From the NCBI GenBank assembly GCA_002633005.1, contig NMRA01000247.1:317847-381846 (forward strand): a stretch of 64,000 nt of DNA, given 5' to 3'. The stretch's first letter is position 1, and the number at the start of each line of letters is the position of its first letter. Shown here piece by piece: positions 51,901 through 64,000 of this stretch. The notes beneath the pieces were generated by a model, which did not search any database, was not told the DNA's origin, and was given only the letters and a program-made list of their open reading frames with translations. This DNA comes from Phoronis australis. Lineage: Eukaryota > Animalia > Phoronida. Made by a program: the position numbers and the translations under genes.

Positions 51901-54900
51901 TATTTTTTGCACATTGTGTAATTCCGGTGCTTTTTTCATTTTCTTGCAGCTTTTGAAAATATTTGTTCTGTGATCCACAGGAGATGTATTGATTGAATTG
52001 TGAAACTAGTTGTGTGTTTTGCTGTTCTACGTGGCAACAGTGAGACATTTTTCAGTGAATTGAATTCAGATAACAAGCATTTGTGCCTATAGTATTGAAA
52101 CACACTGAACCAAAGCAATGTCACATATGGGCAATGCTCAGCCTATTCTCACGGCTGATTTGAGTTCTACATCAATAACAAGCATGATGGTGTGATTTAT
52201 GATCTTATGAGGGGTTTTGGTCACATTTCAATGTTGCCAAAAGAATTTTAATTAGTCTTAGTTTCTGGGACAATAACGAGCAATTGTGTACAAATCGGCC
52301 GAACATAGGCCAAGCGTCTCCCAAAGCCGTCAAGGTTTGCCAACTATTTGGTATTGCCTGACAATCTACAGATCATCGAGTGATTGTCATCCAACATTGC
52401 CCGATAACGGCGATAACCTGCCAATATCAGGACTGTGCTTGAGACATCTGATTTTTGATGTTGGTGCTCCCTATAATGTCTCAATCATTGCCTGACTGTT
52501 ACCTGAGGTGATTATTTTTTACCCAGAAACTTGTCAAGTCGTGTCAGAACCTTTATCAGTCTATGCAACTCAGGTGCAAATCTGTGTGAATGGTGGGCTA
52601 CTTCAAAAGTGCACTTACGTCTTGTTTTTCTTCACTCACTTTGTGTTATGCTCTCGAGCATATTTATTTTTATTTTACATTTGTCTTGGTTGAGACATCC
52701 TCTGTTGGCCTAGTTGTAAAGGCAACAGGTTCATGACATTAAGTTTAAATGTTCTGTTACACCTTTTGGATGAGCTTTTGTTACCAAAATTGTTGGCGGA
52801 GTTTCTTCTCAGTTTTCAGTGTAAATACATTACAACCAAGATCAGATGGTAGTCTTAAACGAACACCTTCACCATGCTAGTAGTAGAATCGTGTGTGCGG
52901 TTTTTAATGTTAACCATGTAACCGCGGAATGAACGTGAAGATTAATACTAGTGTGATTCCTTTAGCTGAACATTTCAATTTTGTTACAGTGCCAAATTCA
53001 GGTGAAGCTTGAGCTCGGGCATCGCGCTGAGATACGCAAGAAGCCAACATCCACTGGCATGACACATGACTGGTGTGTGTTTGTGCGCGGGCCCGAGGGG
53101 AGGAGCATTCATTCCTTCATTGACAAAGTCGTATTCCACTTGCATGAGAGCTTTCCAAAACCGAAACGAGGTAGGCTGATTTTTTATTGAAATCATGGTT
53201 ACTGTATATTTGTTAAAGCTCTGCATCCACATTCTATGAAATAAACTTTCTTGGTTTTCAGTGCCCTGTGGTGCCTTCATTTTGGGGCCGAATATCAGAC
53301 TCAGTCCCTGATGAAAAATATGTGAAAATCACACAAAATTCTCCTGATCAGGCTGAAAATTCACTTCCAATAATTAAAAGGTTCCCCTCAAAGTTAAAAT
53401 TGGACTAAATCTTAAAAACATTAGTTTTGGCCACGTGAGGCATTGCTGATGACGTGTGGGGACCAGGGGGGTTGGTACTGATGGTGACGGGGGGAAATTT
53501 CCCTCAGTCAAAAAAGTCTCCTCTCAGAAGGCACAGTCATCTTTCCACTAAGCTGAGTGAGGGTCCCTAGATTTAGTCCAGTTTCTGTTATTAACTCGCT
53601 TTCAAATTGTTCTTTGCTTAGATTAGACTGAATTGATTTCGAGACTTGAGAATAACGTACCTGAGTTAAAAAGTTTGCTTGACATGTTATGTTGTCTTGT
53701 GTGCTCTCCCAGTCACAAACTATCAGTTCTTCCCAGTCGCGTATAAACGATATTGTCCCCAGGTACAAGTGTATTCCTGTCATTTTTACCTAAGCTTCTG
53801 CTGGTCTTCTACAGTTGTGAAGGAGCCTCCCTATGAGCTACATGAGTGTGGCTACGGCTCGTTCGAGCTGCCTATCGACATCTACTTTAAGAACAATGAG
53901 GAGCCAAAGAAAATCACGTTTGCCTATGAGCTATTTCTGCAGCTGCCTGATCAGCCACCCATCTACAACGTGCGCTGCGAGAAGTTGACCTTTCAGAACC
54001 CCACGCCCGACTTCAAGAAGAGGCTGATCAAGGCTTGTGGAGTAAGTACCCACTTGTTTGAGCTTACGAGTACAGTTTGTCAAAATGATTTATAATTTTT
54101 GTGAAATCTGTGTTTACTGTTAATCATTCACTTCAAAGTAATTTTAATTTTATTTTTTGGCTTCATGTAAAAGTTAACATTATTCGCAGGAGCTCCTCCG
54201 GCCACACCAGCCAAGTGACCACAGTGATGACGAAGGTAGCAATAGTGAGGAAGACGACAATGACAAGTCGTCAGCCTCGTCCTCGCCTTCATCAGCTCCG
54301 TCCTCACCTCCACGTCAGCCCATGGCACAAGTGCATAGTGCCAAACCTCTGCCCCTGCCCTCTGCCAAGAACCCCACCACCAGGGCAGTGCCCATGGCTG
54401 CAGTGAAGCCACTGCAGCAGCAGCAGGCCTCCCCTCATGAGACAGCAGGACGCCCTGCTCAGCCAACATCAGTCGAATCTCAGCCCTTCACTGAGTTGTT
54501 TGGAACCCCAGTAAAGCTAGACAGTGTAAAGAAGACGAAGATTAGCAGCTCATCAAAGGTAATAGATCAACAAAAGCTGTTGCTTATGCATGTATACTAG
54601 TAGACCTTGTACACTGATATAAATGCATTGTGGTGTTTACTCTGATTTTCTTTTAAGTGGTCCATGAATCCATTTCTATCTGTAACCGTACATTTTCAGA
54701 ATATTTCTTTGTGGACTACATTTGGTCATTTTAAAGATGATTAATATGAGTAAGGGGAAAATGTCTACAAACTTTGTTGTAATCTTTCATGTCATCCACT
54801 CAGCAGGTACATGTTATGATAGTCTACTCACTACACGAGTACATTTTGTGATAGTCTTCTCACTACACGAGTACATTTTGTGATAGTCTACTCACTACAT

Positions 54901-56715
54901 GAGTACATTTTGTGATAGTCTACTTACTACACGAGTACATTTTGTGGTAGTCTTGTCACTACACGTGTACATTTTGTGATAGTCTTGTCACTACACGAGT
55001 ACATTTTGGGATAGTCTACTTATTACACGAGTACATTTTATGATAGTCTACTCACTACACAAGTACATTTTGTGATAGTCTTCTCACTACACAAGAACAT
55101 TTTGTGATAGTTTACTCGCTACACGAGTACATTTTGCGATAGTCAACTCACTACATGAATACATTTAATTATAGTCTACTCACCGTTCAAGTACATTTTG
55201 TGATAATCTACTCACTACACGAGTACATTTTGTCTTAGTCTACCCACTACCTGAGTACATTTTGTGGTAGTCTACTCACTACATGAGTACAATTTGTGAT
55301 AGTCAATTCACTACATGAATACATTTTATTATAGTCTACTCACCATACAAGTACATTTTGTGATAATCTACTCACTACCTGAGTACATTTTGTGGTAGTC
55401 TACTCACTACACGAGTACAATTTGTGATAGTCAACTCACTACACGAGTACATTTTTGATAGTGTTCTCACTACACTAGTACAGTGCTCCTAGTAGGCACA
55501 TTTTGTGGTAGTCTACTCACTACACATATATTGCATGATGATTGTTGTTTACAGGAATCCTCATCAAAACACCACAGTAAGGAATCTGGCAAGCATGCTA
55601 AGAAAAGGAGCCCAGATTCCCATGATGAGACAGCTACCAAGAAACGGAAATCTTCCTCATCACATCAGCCGGATGATCGGCAGTCAGATAAGAAAAAATC
55701 TGATAAAAAATCCAGAGAGAAGTCATCCTCCAAGAAAGAAGACTCTTCGTCCAGCCATCGCAAAAGCCACAAGTCATCCAGGCAGAGTCATACCTCAGGC
55801 AGCAAGGGACTACCGAGCGAAAAGTCTGTTTTGCCTTCTTTTGCAGATGAAGTGTGTACCGTGTCTGACGAAGATTCTTGGAGTGATTCATTCCCTTCGG
55901 GGAAAGACATCAAAACCACTCCAGAATCGCCGATGTGCCACGCACCCAAGTCAGTCATGAAGAAATCTCCCTGTAGTCAATCACAGTCTTCCCATAATTC
56001 CACTCATTCGAGTGACAGCAAGAAGGCTAGCCCTTTAAGTGATGGGAAGACCTCAAACAAAAAATCGCCAAGTTCCTGTTCACCGAAACATGCCAGCAAG
56101 TTGCCATCATCTGATCACTATGGTGCTAAAAAGAAAGAGAAATCAGAAAACGATGATAAGCAACATGGCCAGAATAGCTCAAAGTCATCTTTTAAAAAGT
56201 CGTTGAGCTCTGTTGTGGCGGAGCTGAATAGTGACGAGGATGATGACTCAGCAGACATTGATGTCAAGTCGAGTAAGGAGAAGAAACATCGGAAGCACAA
56301 GGTGTCAGAAAAACATCAATGGCAGCTCGAACGGAGACACTCAAAGGAGAAAATGTCGGTGGGTAAAAGTAGCAAAGATAGTGGTCATGTTGACAAGTCA
56401 CCGTCTACAGAAAATTCAGTAAAATCAGACAGAGCTATCGCCAAACTGTCTGAGTCTGTTACCGATGATGTCTGTGAAGAGAAACGAAAGTCGGAATCAA
56501 AAAAATGTGCTAAAGCACCCAACGGGGCTCTAGTGAGTGATTTGTTGGAGATCCAGGCTCTTCTCATGCAGTTGCAGAACCGTGACAAGCTACGCAAGGT
56601 GGCCGGTATTATATTTGAGACGGGACACTACTCCACGGATGGGTCTACGTTTGATTTTGACCTGTGTAATCTTAGCCATGACACAATACAGAAAATGAAA
56701 TCTTTCTTACAATAG
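48933..56715 (+). CDS. MLLT1/MLLT3: ENL/AF9 family YEATS-domain acyl-lysine reader (super elongation complex / DOT1L partner), 649 aa
   Basis: Exons 48933-48944 (MDKP|GTAGGT), 52990-53170, 53815-54041, 54190-54558 and 55555-56715; all GT-AG, total 1950 nt. YEATS domain [13 protein letters not shown]...[12 protein letters not shown]...[12 protein letters not shown]...GYGSF...[10 protein letters not shown]. Ser/Lys-rich disordered middle. C-terminal ANC1-homology domain (AHD) ETGHY...TFDFDLCNL. Confidence 0.93.
49650..50150 (+). mobile_element. Two diverged tandem tRNA-derived SINE-like heads in ENL/AF9 intron 1
   Basis: B-box GGTTCGATTCC at ~49750 and ~50110, each preceded by CTTCCAGTGAATCA...TTAGCCACTC and followed by GGTGATCTCA...TTACTGCAA. 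No cloverleaf. Confidence 0.4.
51050..51191. mobile_element. Tiny MITE (dimer of a ~70-bp unit) with 5-bp TSD
   Basis: TIR CATGGGCGGC(A/G)CA...TGCGCCGCCCATG. ATGTT on both sides (51045-51049 and 51192-51196). Confidence 0.75.
54805..55525. repeat. Minisatellite, ~22 x 32 bp, in ENL/AF9 intron 4
   Basis: Consensus GAGTACATTTTGTGATAGTCTACTCACTACAC, period 32 (GAGT at 54837, 54869, ...). Confidence 0.95.
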
Positions 56716-59153
56716 ACTCGTGGAAGCTAATGTATTGTACCGTTCACATGAGGGTTAAAATGATGATAAATTTCTTTTTTAAAGGCCAACAAACTTGATT
56801 ATATGATGTCTACATGTATTACATGTTCAACTTTTTAGCACCTACAAGTGTGTTCCCAAATTCATTTTACCTAATTTTTTTAACCGAGTGCAATGATTTG
56901 ATAACTTTTTGTCATTTCCAGAAAATTTCTGTGCGCATTACCTGGAATTTTTATCGTGCTTAAATTTTTTCTTTCATGTTTGCATAATACCTAAAGCCTG
57001 CCTTCTAGATTTATTAAACAGTGGCTGCTGAATCTTGCTCCTTCCTTGGTTTTGTACATCATCTGTTGGAGATACGAGTTTCTGTTTTTCATATGCATCC
57101 AGTACTTACAAACAGGATTCTGTAGTCATACAGTGGGTACTGTACTTGTTTAACCAGTTATGACCAACTTTTGCACAACTGTTTTGTTTTGTTGTGTTAC
57201 TGACACTCGACGTGAATGTACAATGTAACAATGCAAAGTTGTAGTGTTGGTGTGTTGCCAAGCTAGAATTGCTTTTTAAGGTTGTGTAGGACCTTAGAAA
57301 AATGAGTAATTTTGGCTTAACTTCGAATCATATTTCATGAGTGGTTGATGAGGTTCACTTCGGATACTATACTTTATTAACTGCTCGTTGCATGAGGGGT
57401 TATTTATAGATATTTGACTAAAACGAAACTTGTCAACAAGGACTTGCCTAACCTTAAATTCAAGCTGTGATGTCCTTGTGTTTGCTAGGTGGCCTTTGTG
57501 TGTCATCAACGTTAAAACTACAAGTTACAGGATGCAGCAAAAACGTTGGCACGTGTTCAATATTGTGACTAAATCTATAAGATTCCATACGAGTTAGTTT
57601 GCAGTTGAGCATCTGGAAAGTGAAAATTGGTGCTTCCATGTCTGGTATGAAGGTGCGATACTGTGTCTTTAATTGTCTCTCTGTGTAAATAGACTACATC
57701 TATTGGTACTTGTGTACTAGTCTTATTATTGAGTTCTAAAATGTCTGTTATTTCAGTTACGAGATTTGTATCAGTAGTTAAAGCAGTGTGCAGTCTGAGG
57801 TTGCTGCTTTGTAAAAATATTTATCTCATGATTTCACCTGGTCATGGGGGTTTTGTCGGAGTTGCTCCTTCAAATTCCTGTTGGTATGTCATTATTCACA
57901 AGATTTTGCTGGATACCGTTATCTGTGTGTGGTGTTTTGAAGCCATTCCCATATACCTGTTGCAGGACTTTCAGTTCTACATCACCGGATACTGTTCTAA
58001 TACCTTGATGTCGCATTCAAAGAATGTTGCTTTCTTAATACTATTTAGAAAAAAATGTGACCTTTCATTTTTGTATGCTATACCTTGTGTTTTGTGCCAT
58101 ATCAGTTTCTAAAGGCTGTTCTGTCCATTCCAATAGTTTTCCCCCGTGTGTTTTAAGCAGTGTTGCTTGGTACAAGATTTGTATTTGTAGTTTTGAGTGT
58201 GCGAAGATTATTGTGTAATACTGTGTAAACATACTGAGTGACATGTGTGTTCAGTTCTCAGTCGAGTTCTGTTTGTGTCACTTAGTTTGAGGCTTGTTTG
58301 AAGTTATACCTTCAACTGTCTGAAAAGTATTCTGTAATCCCATATCGTATCCACTTTTCTTATTTTCATGGTTACTTATAAGGGTCATCAAAGTTTATGA
58401 ATTCCAAGTATGGGGGCCACATAGTCCATATATTGGGTGGGGGTGCCGCTGTACTTTGAGACAATGGCAAACATATATCAATGTTGATACGAAAGCTTCA
58501 ATTTTATTCCCCAATATGTATATCAAAGGCTGAGAATATGTAGCATACTTGTACGTACTTGAAACCCAGCTTTAGACACCTTCCTGGAAACTACGAAGTC
58601 AAATACTATTTCCTAGCTTTTTACCACTTGATGTTTACGGTATATGGTATTTAGTGTAAAGTATGGAAATTAGCTGTCCACAGTCCATGTAGCTGAAAAA
58701 TATGTATGATCTTTACAACAAGAATTTGAAGAACTAGTACCATTTTTCCCAAGACTAAAAATGCTATTTTATCCATGCGTCCTATATACCCTTTTTTACT
58801 GGGTGTCCCAAGTTCGACCATGTTAAGCAATAGTAAGGCCCAGGGCACAGATCAGCCGTTGGCTCCATAACCTCTACAACACACTTTACTGTGGGCCCCA
58901 ACCCCCCCAGTTTGCCAGTAATTTCATTAAAGTACCTGACTGTGTGGCATGACCTATTACTTGGTTTATCCTGCATACAGTTTCATGTTCTGTTGGAAAT
59001 GGATAGGATCATGTCGTTGTGGTAGACAGTTGCAGGGTAAATTGGCTAAATCCAGTTTTAATGCCTATTAAATATTTTGATTTTAAAGCCCTCAATAAGT
59101 GCCTTTGAAGTCTTGTGTAAGGTCTGTGCCAATGTTTGAATGCATGCTGTTCT

Positions 59154-59216
59154 CATGGCTTGCACAGCACTGAAATAAGTGGGGCACTATAGTCGCCCTA
59201 CGGTGTGCCGCCCATG
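59154..59216. mobile_element. Monomeric 63-bp copy of the 51050 MITE unit (inverted)
   Basis: Reverse complement CATGGGCGGCACACCGTAGGG...TTTCAGTGCTGTGCAAGCCATG aligns to 51050-51121. Flanks GTTCT/ATTCT match at 4 of 5 positions. Confidence 0.6.
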
Positions 59217-62200
59217 ATTCTAGATAAAAATAAAACAACTTTGTGGTGCAGTCATTCAAGTACGATATTTTTCATGAAAGTTAACCTTTGTTTCATTTTG
59301 CATTTTTTGCATAATATGAAATTTCAGAAGACTACATAATTAACATGTTGTTGGCATAGCAAACCTAATAATTTTTATTGCACTATTGTTTCATGGATTT
59401 TGTAAAATTTAATAGTTAAATTTTGTGAACTCTTGTATTCTCTATGTTGGACATCGGCACACCCCTGTATTGTCACGTGACCAGAAAACATTTGGGAAGT
59501 ACCTTTCTACTACATTCTGGGCCTACTTGTAAAAAAATTATTAGTAGATTGTCCAAAACATGGCGAAATGAACTGTAGCCTTTTTTTTGTTGGAGGCCGC
59601 TGAAACTTCATTCTGGGAAACCCCGCAAACAGTAGAATTTTTGTTGTTGCTTCATAAGCAAGCCCATGAGCGTATATGGCTTGTTTGCGAAAGTTTAGTG
59701 TTGAAAATTGTTTCTAGACACGGAAAGTTTGGTTATGTTGGCTATGCAACAGGAATGTGGTCAGTGATGAATCCAGTTAGTAGCCTTGAGCCATGCAATG
59801 GTACTTTCTTCTTTTTAGGTAATATAGTACCCTGGAAATACATCCAAATTTTGCTAAACTTGTAACGTCATGTCTTGGAAATGACCGATTGAAATGTATT
59901 CGTGTGAAACTCAGATACTATGCCTTGTGCATTGTTCTCCAAAATGTTGCTGGAGGTTCTACGAAAAATAGGAGTCACACTATTTTTCTGAATTTCTGAA
60001 AAAAATAAAAAGTTGCATGAAATGTCATTGATACCATGGTTTTGCTATGAATGTACCTCTCTTTCTAAAAAAGACATGGTGACATGACCCAGTTGATGGC
60101 AGATTGATGTAAAGACAAAAAAACAAATTCTAAGGCTTTCTGTTTTCAAAAACTTATACTGAGTTTTGTTGATATTTGGCTAAACGCACCAACTTTTCAA
60201 TAAGGTCCTACATAACCTTAAACATACAACCAAACACTATGTATGCAAGAAGGGAACACCAACTGCCATTTGGACCATGCTTCATAGTCAAATAGCAATT
60301 AATACAGTGGCAATTCTCTTTAATGCCCTGACATACATTGGATTGTGTTTGAAAAGAAGGAGATAAGCTTCGGAATCCGTGCCTTGGAGCTTGTGATTGA
60401 GGTGAAGGTCGTGCACTTCGAAAGTTAACTCTATATAATTTTTTCAAGGATCAGTTTGAATGCCACTAGTTATGATTTTGAAAGTCTGTCATTTTCAAAT
60501 AAGCTATTCAATAGCAGAATCAATAAGTGTCAATGTTGGGTATGCAGTGAAGCTCGCATCTAGTTATGGCTCACTTTTAAATCATACCTTCATTCATTTC
60601 AAAGATCTGGAGAGCAGGTTTTCTTGTTCATGCACTCGGCCCTTCTCAATAACTCAGATTTCACCTTCTTGAAAAAATCTCTTGGTCCAGTGAAGCGCGA
60701 GCTTCACTGCATTTTCACCATGACTAATAGTATTGCCAACCACTATACAATGGCAAAAACTTAATGACTTTGGAATGGCAAATTTTGTTAAATTCAATAT
60801 CTGTAAACAGTAAACATTGCAACCAGTGGCTAACATTTTGCCTGATGAGGGTTTTGAACCATTGTGAAATAGTTAAATAAGTTTTTGGTTGTGTCTTACA
60901 GAAGATTATAGTGTTCTCTTCCAGTGTACCAGTGCAAGATTTTTGTGGACATGTTAGTTTTATGTTCCTGTTTTTATCCAGTATTTTGATCCATGGGCCT
61001 CAAGATTTTTCTTTGTTCTGAATCTTCTTGGTGGTAGCCTACAGGTATAAGAAATGAACATGTCATGTAAAGGCATAATTGGTGGTTTTAAAGAAAATGA
61101 TGTAAACAAATACCTCTGTATTACACTTTTGTTTTGACAGGAATTCTTATTTTTTAGGTGCATTTTAGAATGTTAGTATACAGTAGTGTTGTGACAATTA
61201 AACTGAATATTTATTGAAAACAAACTATTTCTGAAAGTCGGGTGATTTTGTTTCACGGTATTTTTGTCATTTTCCTCTTCAAGTAAAGCATATTAGGTGA
61301 AAACAGCTGTTACTTTTTGTTGCGCTTATGTAAAAGTAGTTATAAGGATTATTTATGAGGTTAGTGTATTTTTTCCCAAAGTTTATTTGGTAAGTCAGCT
61401 ATGGATTTCAAACTATGTTTTAAAGAAATTGTGTATTACCCTGCAGATTCTGTGCAATCTGCTCATTGTGTGGGAACAACACAAAATTAATCCACTGTGC
61501 ATGATTTTTGAGATGGCAAGATGATGCGTTCTGGAAAATTTCTGGTTTTGCTGCTGTGAAACTGCGCTCGTCAAAGGCTAGGGCATTGCATTGGATATTT
61601 TGAATGGCCACTTCAATATCATTTCATGAGAGAAACTTTTATGTAAAAAGTATTATGATTTTGAACATTGTTATGAACCCATTCAGTAATTGCATCACCA
61701 AAACTGATTTGCTGATGACAATTTACAAGGCTGGTTTAACAGTGCGTTACAAATGCACAGTATGTAGGAGTTTTACCTACAAGCCATTTCCTGTACACGA
61801 TATCGTTTCATGTTATAACTTGTCTGTTGGTGATTCTGTGCAATCATGTCAATGAGAGATATTGCAAATAAAGTTAATCATTGCTTTCATGTTCATCATT
61901 TTTGCTCAGTGGTCTCTTGGCTAAAACTGTGGCTATAAGACACGTGGTACTTGATGTACCATCCCCATTGAGATTTCTTGGATATCAAATTGGAAAGAGA
62001 AATCGGAGAATCCAAGACCTGAAATAGTGTAACGTGTTCGGCATTTACACCAGGAACTTATCAAAAATGTCCTACGTGAGCCAGCATGTCCCAAAAAATC
62101 GCATCAGTGACGACACGTCACTTTTTTTCACATGCAGATACAGCTACGTGTCATCTACTTTATGTCAGCCATTATGTCAGTATTGTGCTTGTAATAAATT

Positions 62201-63467
62201 TTTGTTTGAATGCACGCTGAAGTAAATCAACAATATCTACAAATGAAAACAAATTAGATAAGTTTAATTACAAGAGTTATTTACGTCACTTTGCAAATTT
62301 CAGTTCATACCGTCTTCAGTAGTTAATGCAAAACAGCAAAAAAATCAAACTGAAATTTTTGCAAACTGGTGTTCACATTAGGATTTGTTGAGCATTAAAC
62401 ATAGCAACCAATATTGTAATGTAAAACACCGAAAAAATCAAAAAAATGCAAGATAGTAAAATCTATTGGTCTATCAACACTAACCTTTAGCCCTTTAACA
62501 TTAGTACATTTTTGGCCATCTTCCGTATTCTTAGCAGACAAGGCGACTCCATGGTCTGGTGGTAGGAGTACCATACTGACAACCGAAAGGTCCAGTCTAT
62601 TCACAGCAAAGAAATAATGCAAAGCATTGAAGTGCACCTGTAATTGCACTGCAAACAGTACACTTGTTCATTAGTGTCAAGTAATACAAAAAAATAAAAA
62701 AGCCACCAGGGGACATAGCAAAACTCAAATTTGTCTGCCAAACAACTGTCTCGGCCAAATGTTAACATCTGTCAAGGAACTCGACAGAGAGGCATATGCA
62801 AAGAAAACCTAAATTACCAATAGGGGGCACCACAGTAGTTAGACTATTCCTAAAATCACCAGCAGGCATACTCTCCTGAACTGGAAGACATATATCAAAT
62901 TTCCTGAAGATCCATCAAGGAAATTAGTAGATATTGAGGCATCATTAAGGCAAAAATGAATTTGCCATTAAATTGCGTCCAAAATCTATAGTTGTCATCA
63001 TCTCTATCACAAAAGTACAAGTTCATCCTCAAGGGCTCAATGAAGGCATCGGCAGCTAAGAGAGGCGGATGCCAATAATAGACGCAACAATAATTCTAAA
63101 AATGGCCACTAGGGCACGCAGAACACATCAAATCATCTGCTGTGTCAGCCACAAGGGGGCACAGATTATGTAAAATTTACCCGAAGATAGAAAGATGTCG
63201 GGCCTCCGTAATGTTCAATCAAGCTATTTGCCAAAATGTCATGAAAATCCATCTAGGAACTAAATCTAAATAAGTTCATAAGGTGGGGTGAAACACTATT
63301 GTAATTTGGTGGCACAGAGGCAATTCAAATCTGTCTGAGAATTTGCTCGAGCCATCCCACCTATGATAGGAACAATAGTTAGCCTAATTTCAGTAAAACA
63401 TATAGTGTGGATCATGCTTAAAAAGATCGACCACCATTCTGTACATACCCCGGCCGTGTTCAATCCT

Positions 63468-63720
63468 CAGGGCTTGGAATGACCAATGACAAAAAACGCG
63501 GAAACTTTTATGGCCCAAATCATGCGCGCTACCCAGCCTTGAAATGGTCGACTGTGAACTTTTCCCCGACAAAAATCGGGAGGAATTAAAAAAAGAAAGG
63601 AATTTGCCGCGGAAATTTTATATCAAATCCGTTTTTTTAAGCGGAAATATAATAAAATGCGCAGACAGAACATTTGAAAAAAGCGGAAATCCGCGTTTCC
63701 GCGCAAAATTCCAAGCCCTG
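63468..63720. mobile_element. hAT-like MITE with 6-bp TSD (253-bp internal-deletion derivative of 20547-21033)
   Basis: Same 13-bp TIR, flanked by AATCCT (63462-63467 and 63721-63726). Confidence 0.9.
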
Positions 63721-64000
63721 AATCCTTAAACAAACATAACACCTGAAGCGGTCCAGAGCAATGACTGACAGATCATGGCAACTAATAGGCTTGAGCTTTC
63801 AGAGGTAAATAGGCAACAATGTCACTGAATCAGTCCACCTCTAAGAAGGAGGTTAACCAATACAAAGCAGCTCAATTATTGGACTGATGGTTCATCAGCT
63901 AAGGTTATACTCCAAGTCAAGCTTTACCTTAGGCAAGTAACACATTTTTTCAGGCAGATCTAATTTTAAGCGGCAATTCAAATGTCATTTAAAAATGGTT

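Noticed and set aside
55483-55554. N-terminal extension [10 protein letters not shown]... of the 410-aa ORF
   Set aside because: It is intronic minisatellite tail upstream of the AG at 55553-55554, and the GTG start is a bacterial-code artefact.
60840-60875. Second hammerhead-like motif CTGATGAG-GGTT-TTG-AACC-ATTGT-GAAA
   Set aside because: Five extra bases separate stem II from GAAA and no stems I/III are evident.

Overview
Eukaryotic (animal, probably invertebrate) scaffold with spliced genes, so the bacterial-style ORF track is mostly fragmentary or spurious. Two genes sit head-to-head with ATGs 486 bp apart. (1) On the minus strand is a giant secreted cysteine-rich repeat gene (GCC2/GCC3 / Ephrin_rec_like-type units). 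It runs from a signal-peptide exon at 48447 through at least 33 exons to 1357 and probably continues past the window start. (2) On the plus strand is a complete 5-exon ENL/AF9 (MLLT1/MLLT3) YEATS-AHD gene at 48933-56715 (649 aa). The main observation is polar decay of the cysteine-rich gene. Exons 1-17 splice into 1163 uninterrupted codons, while everything from about 21.9 kb downward carries stops, frameshifts, cysteine losses and fresh transposon insertions. This suggests a gene that was truncated but may remain functional. The window also holds a dead tandem exon duplicate, a minisatellite built from a splice donor, a ~1.73-kb non-autonomous element always bounded by CATG (3 copies, two inverted), MITEs with 5-bp and 6-bp target-site duplications (TSDs), pogo/Tc2-like elements, Helentron-associated elements, Penelope remnants and assembly gaps. 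All exon models were read by eye and need RNA-seq confirmation.
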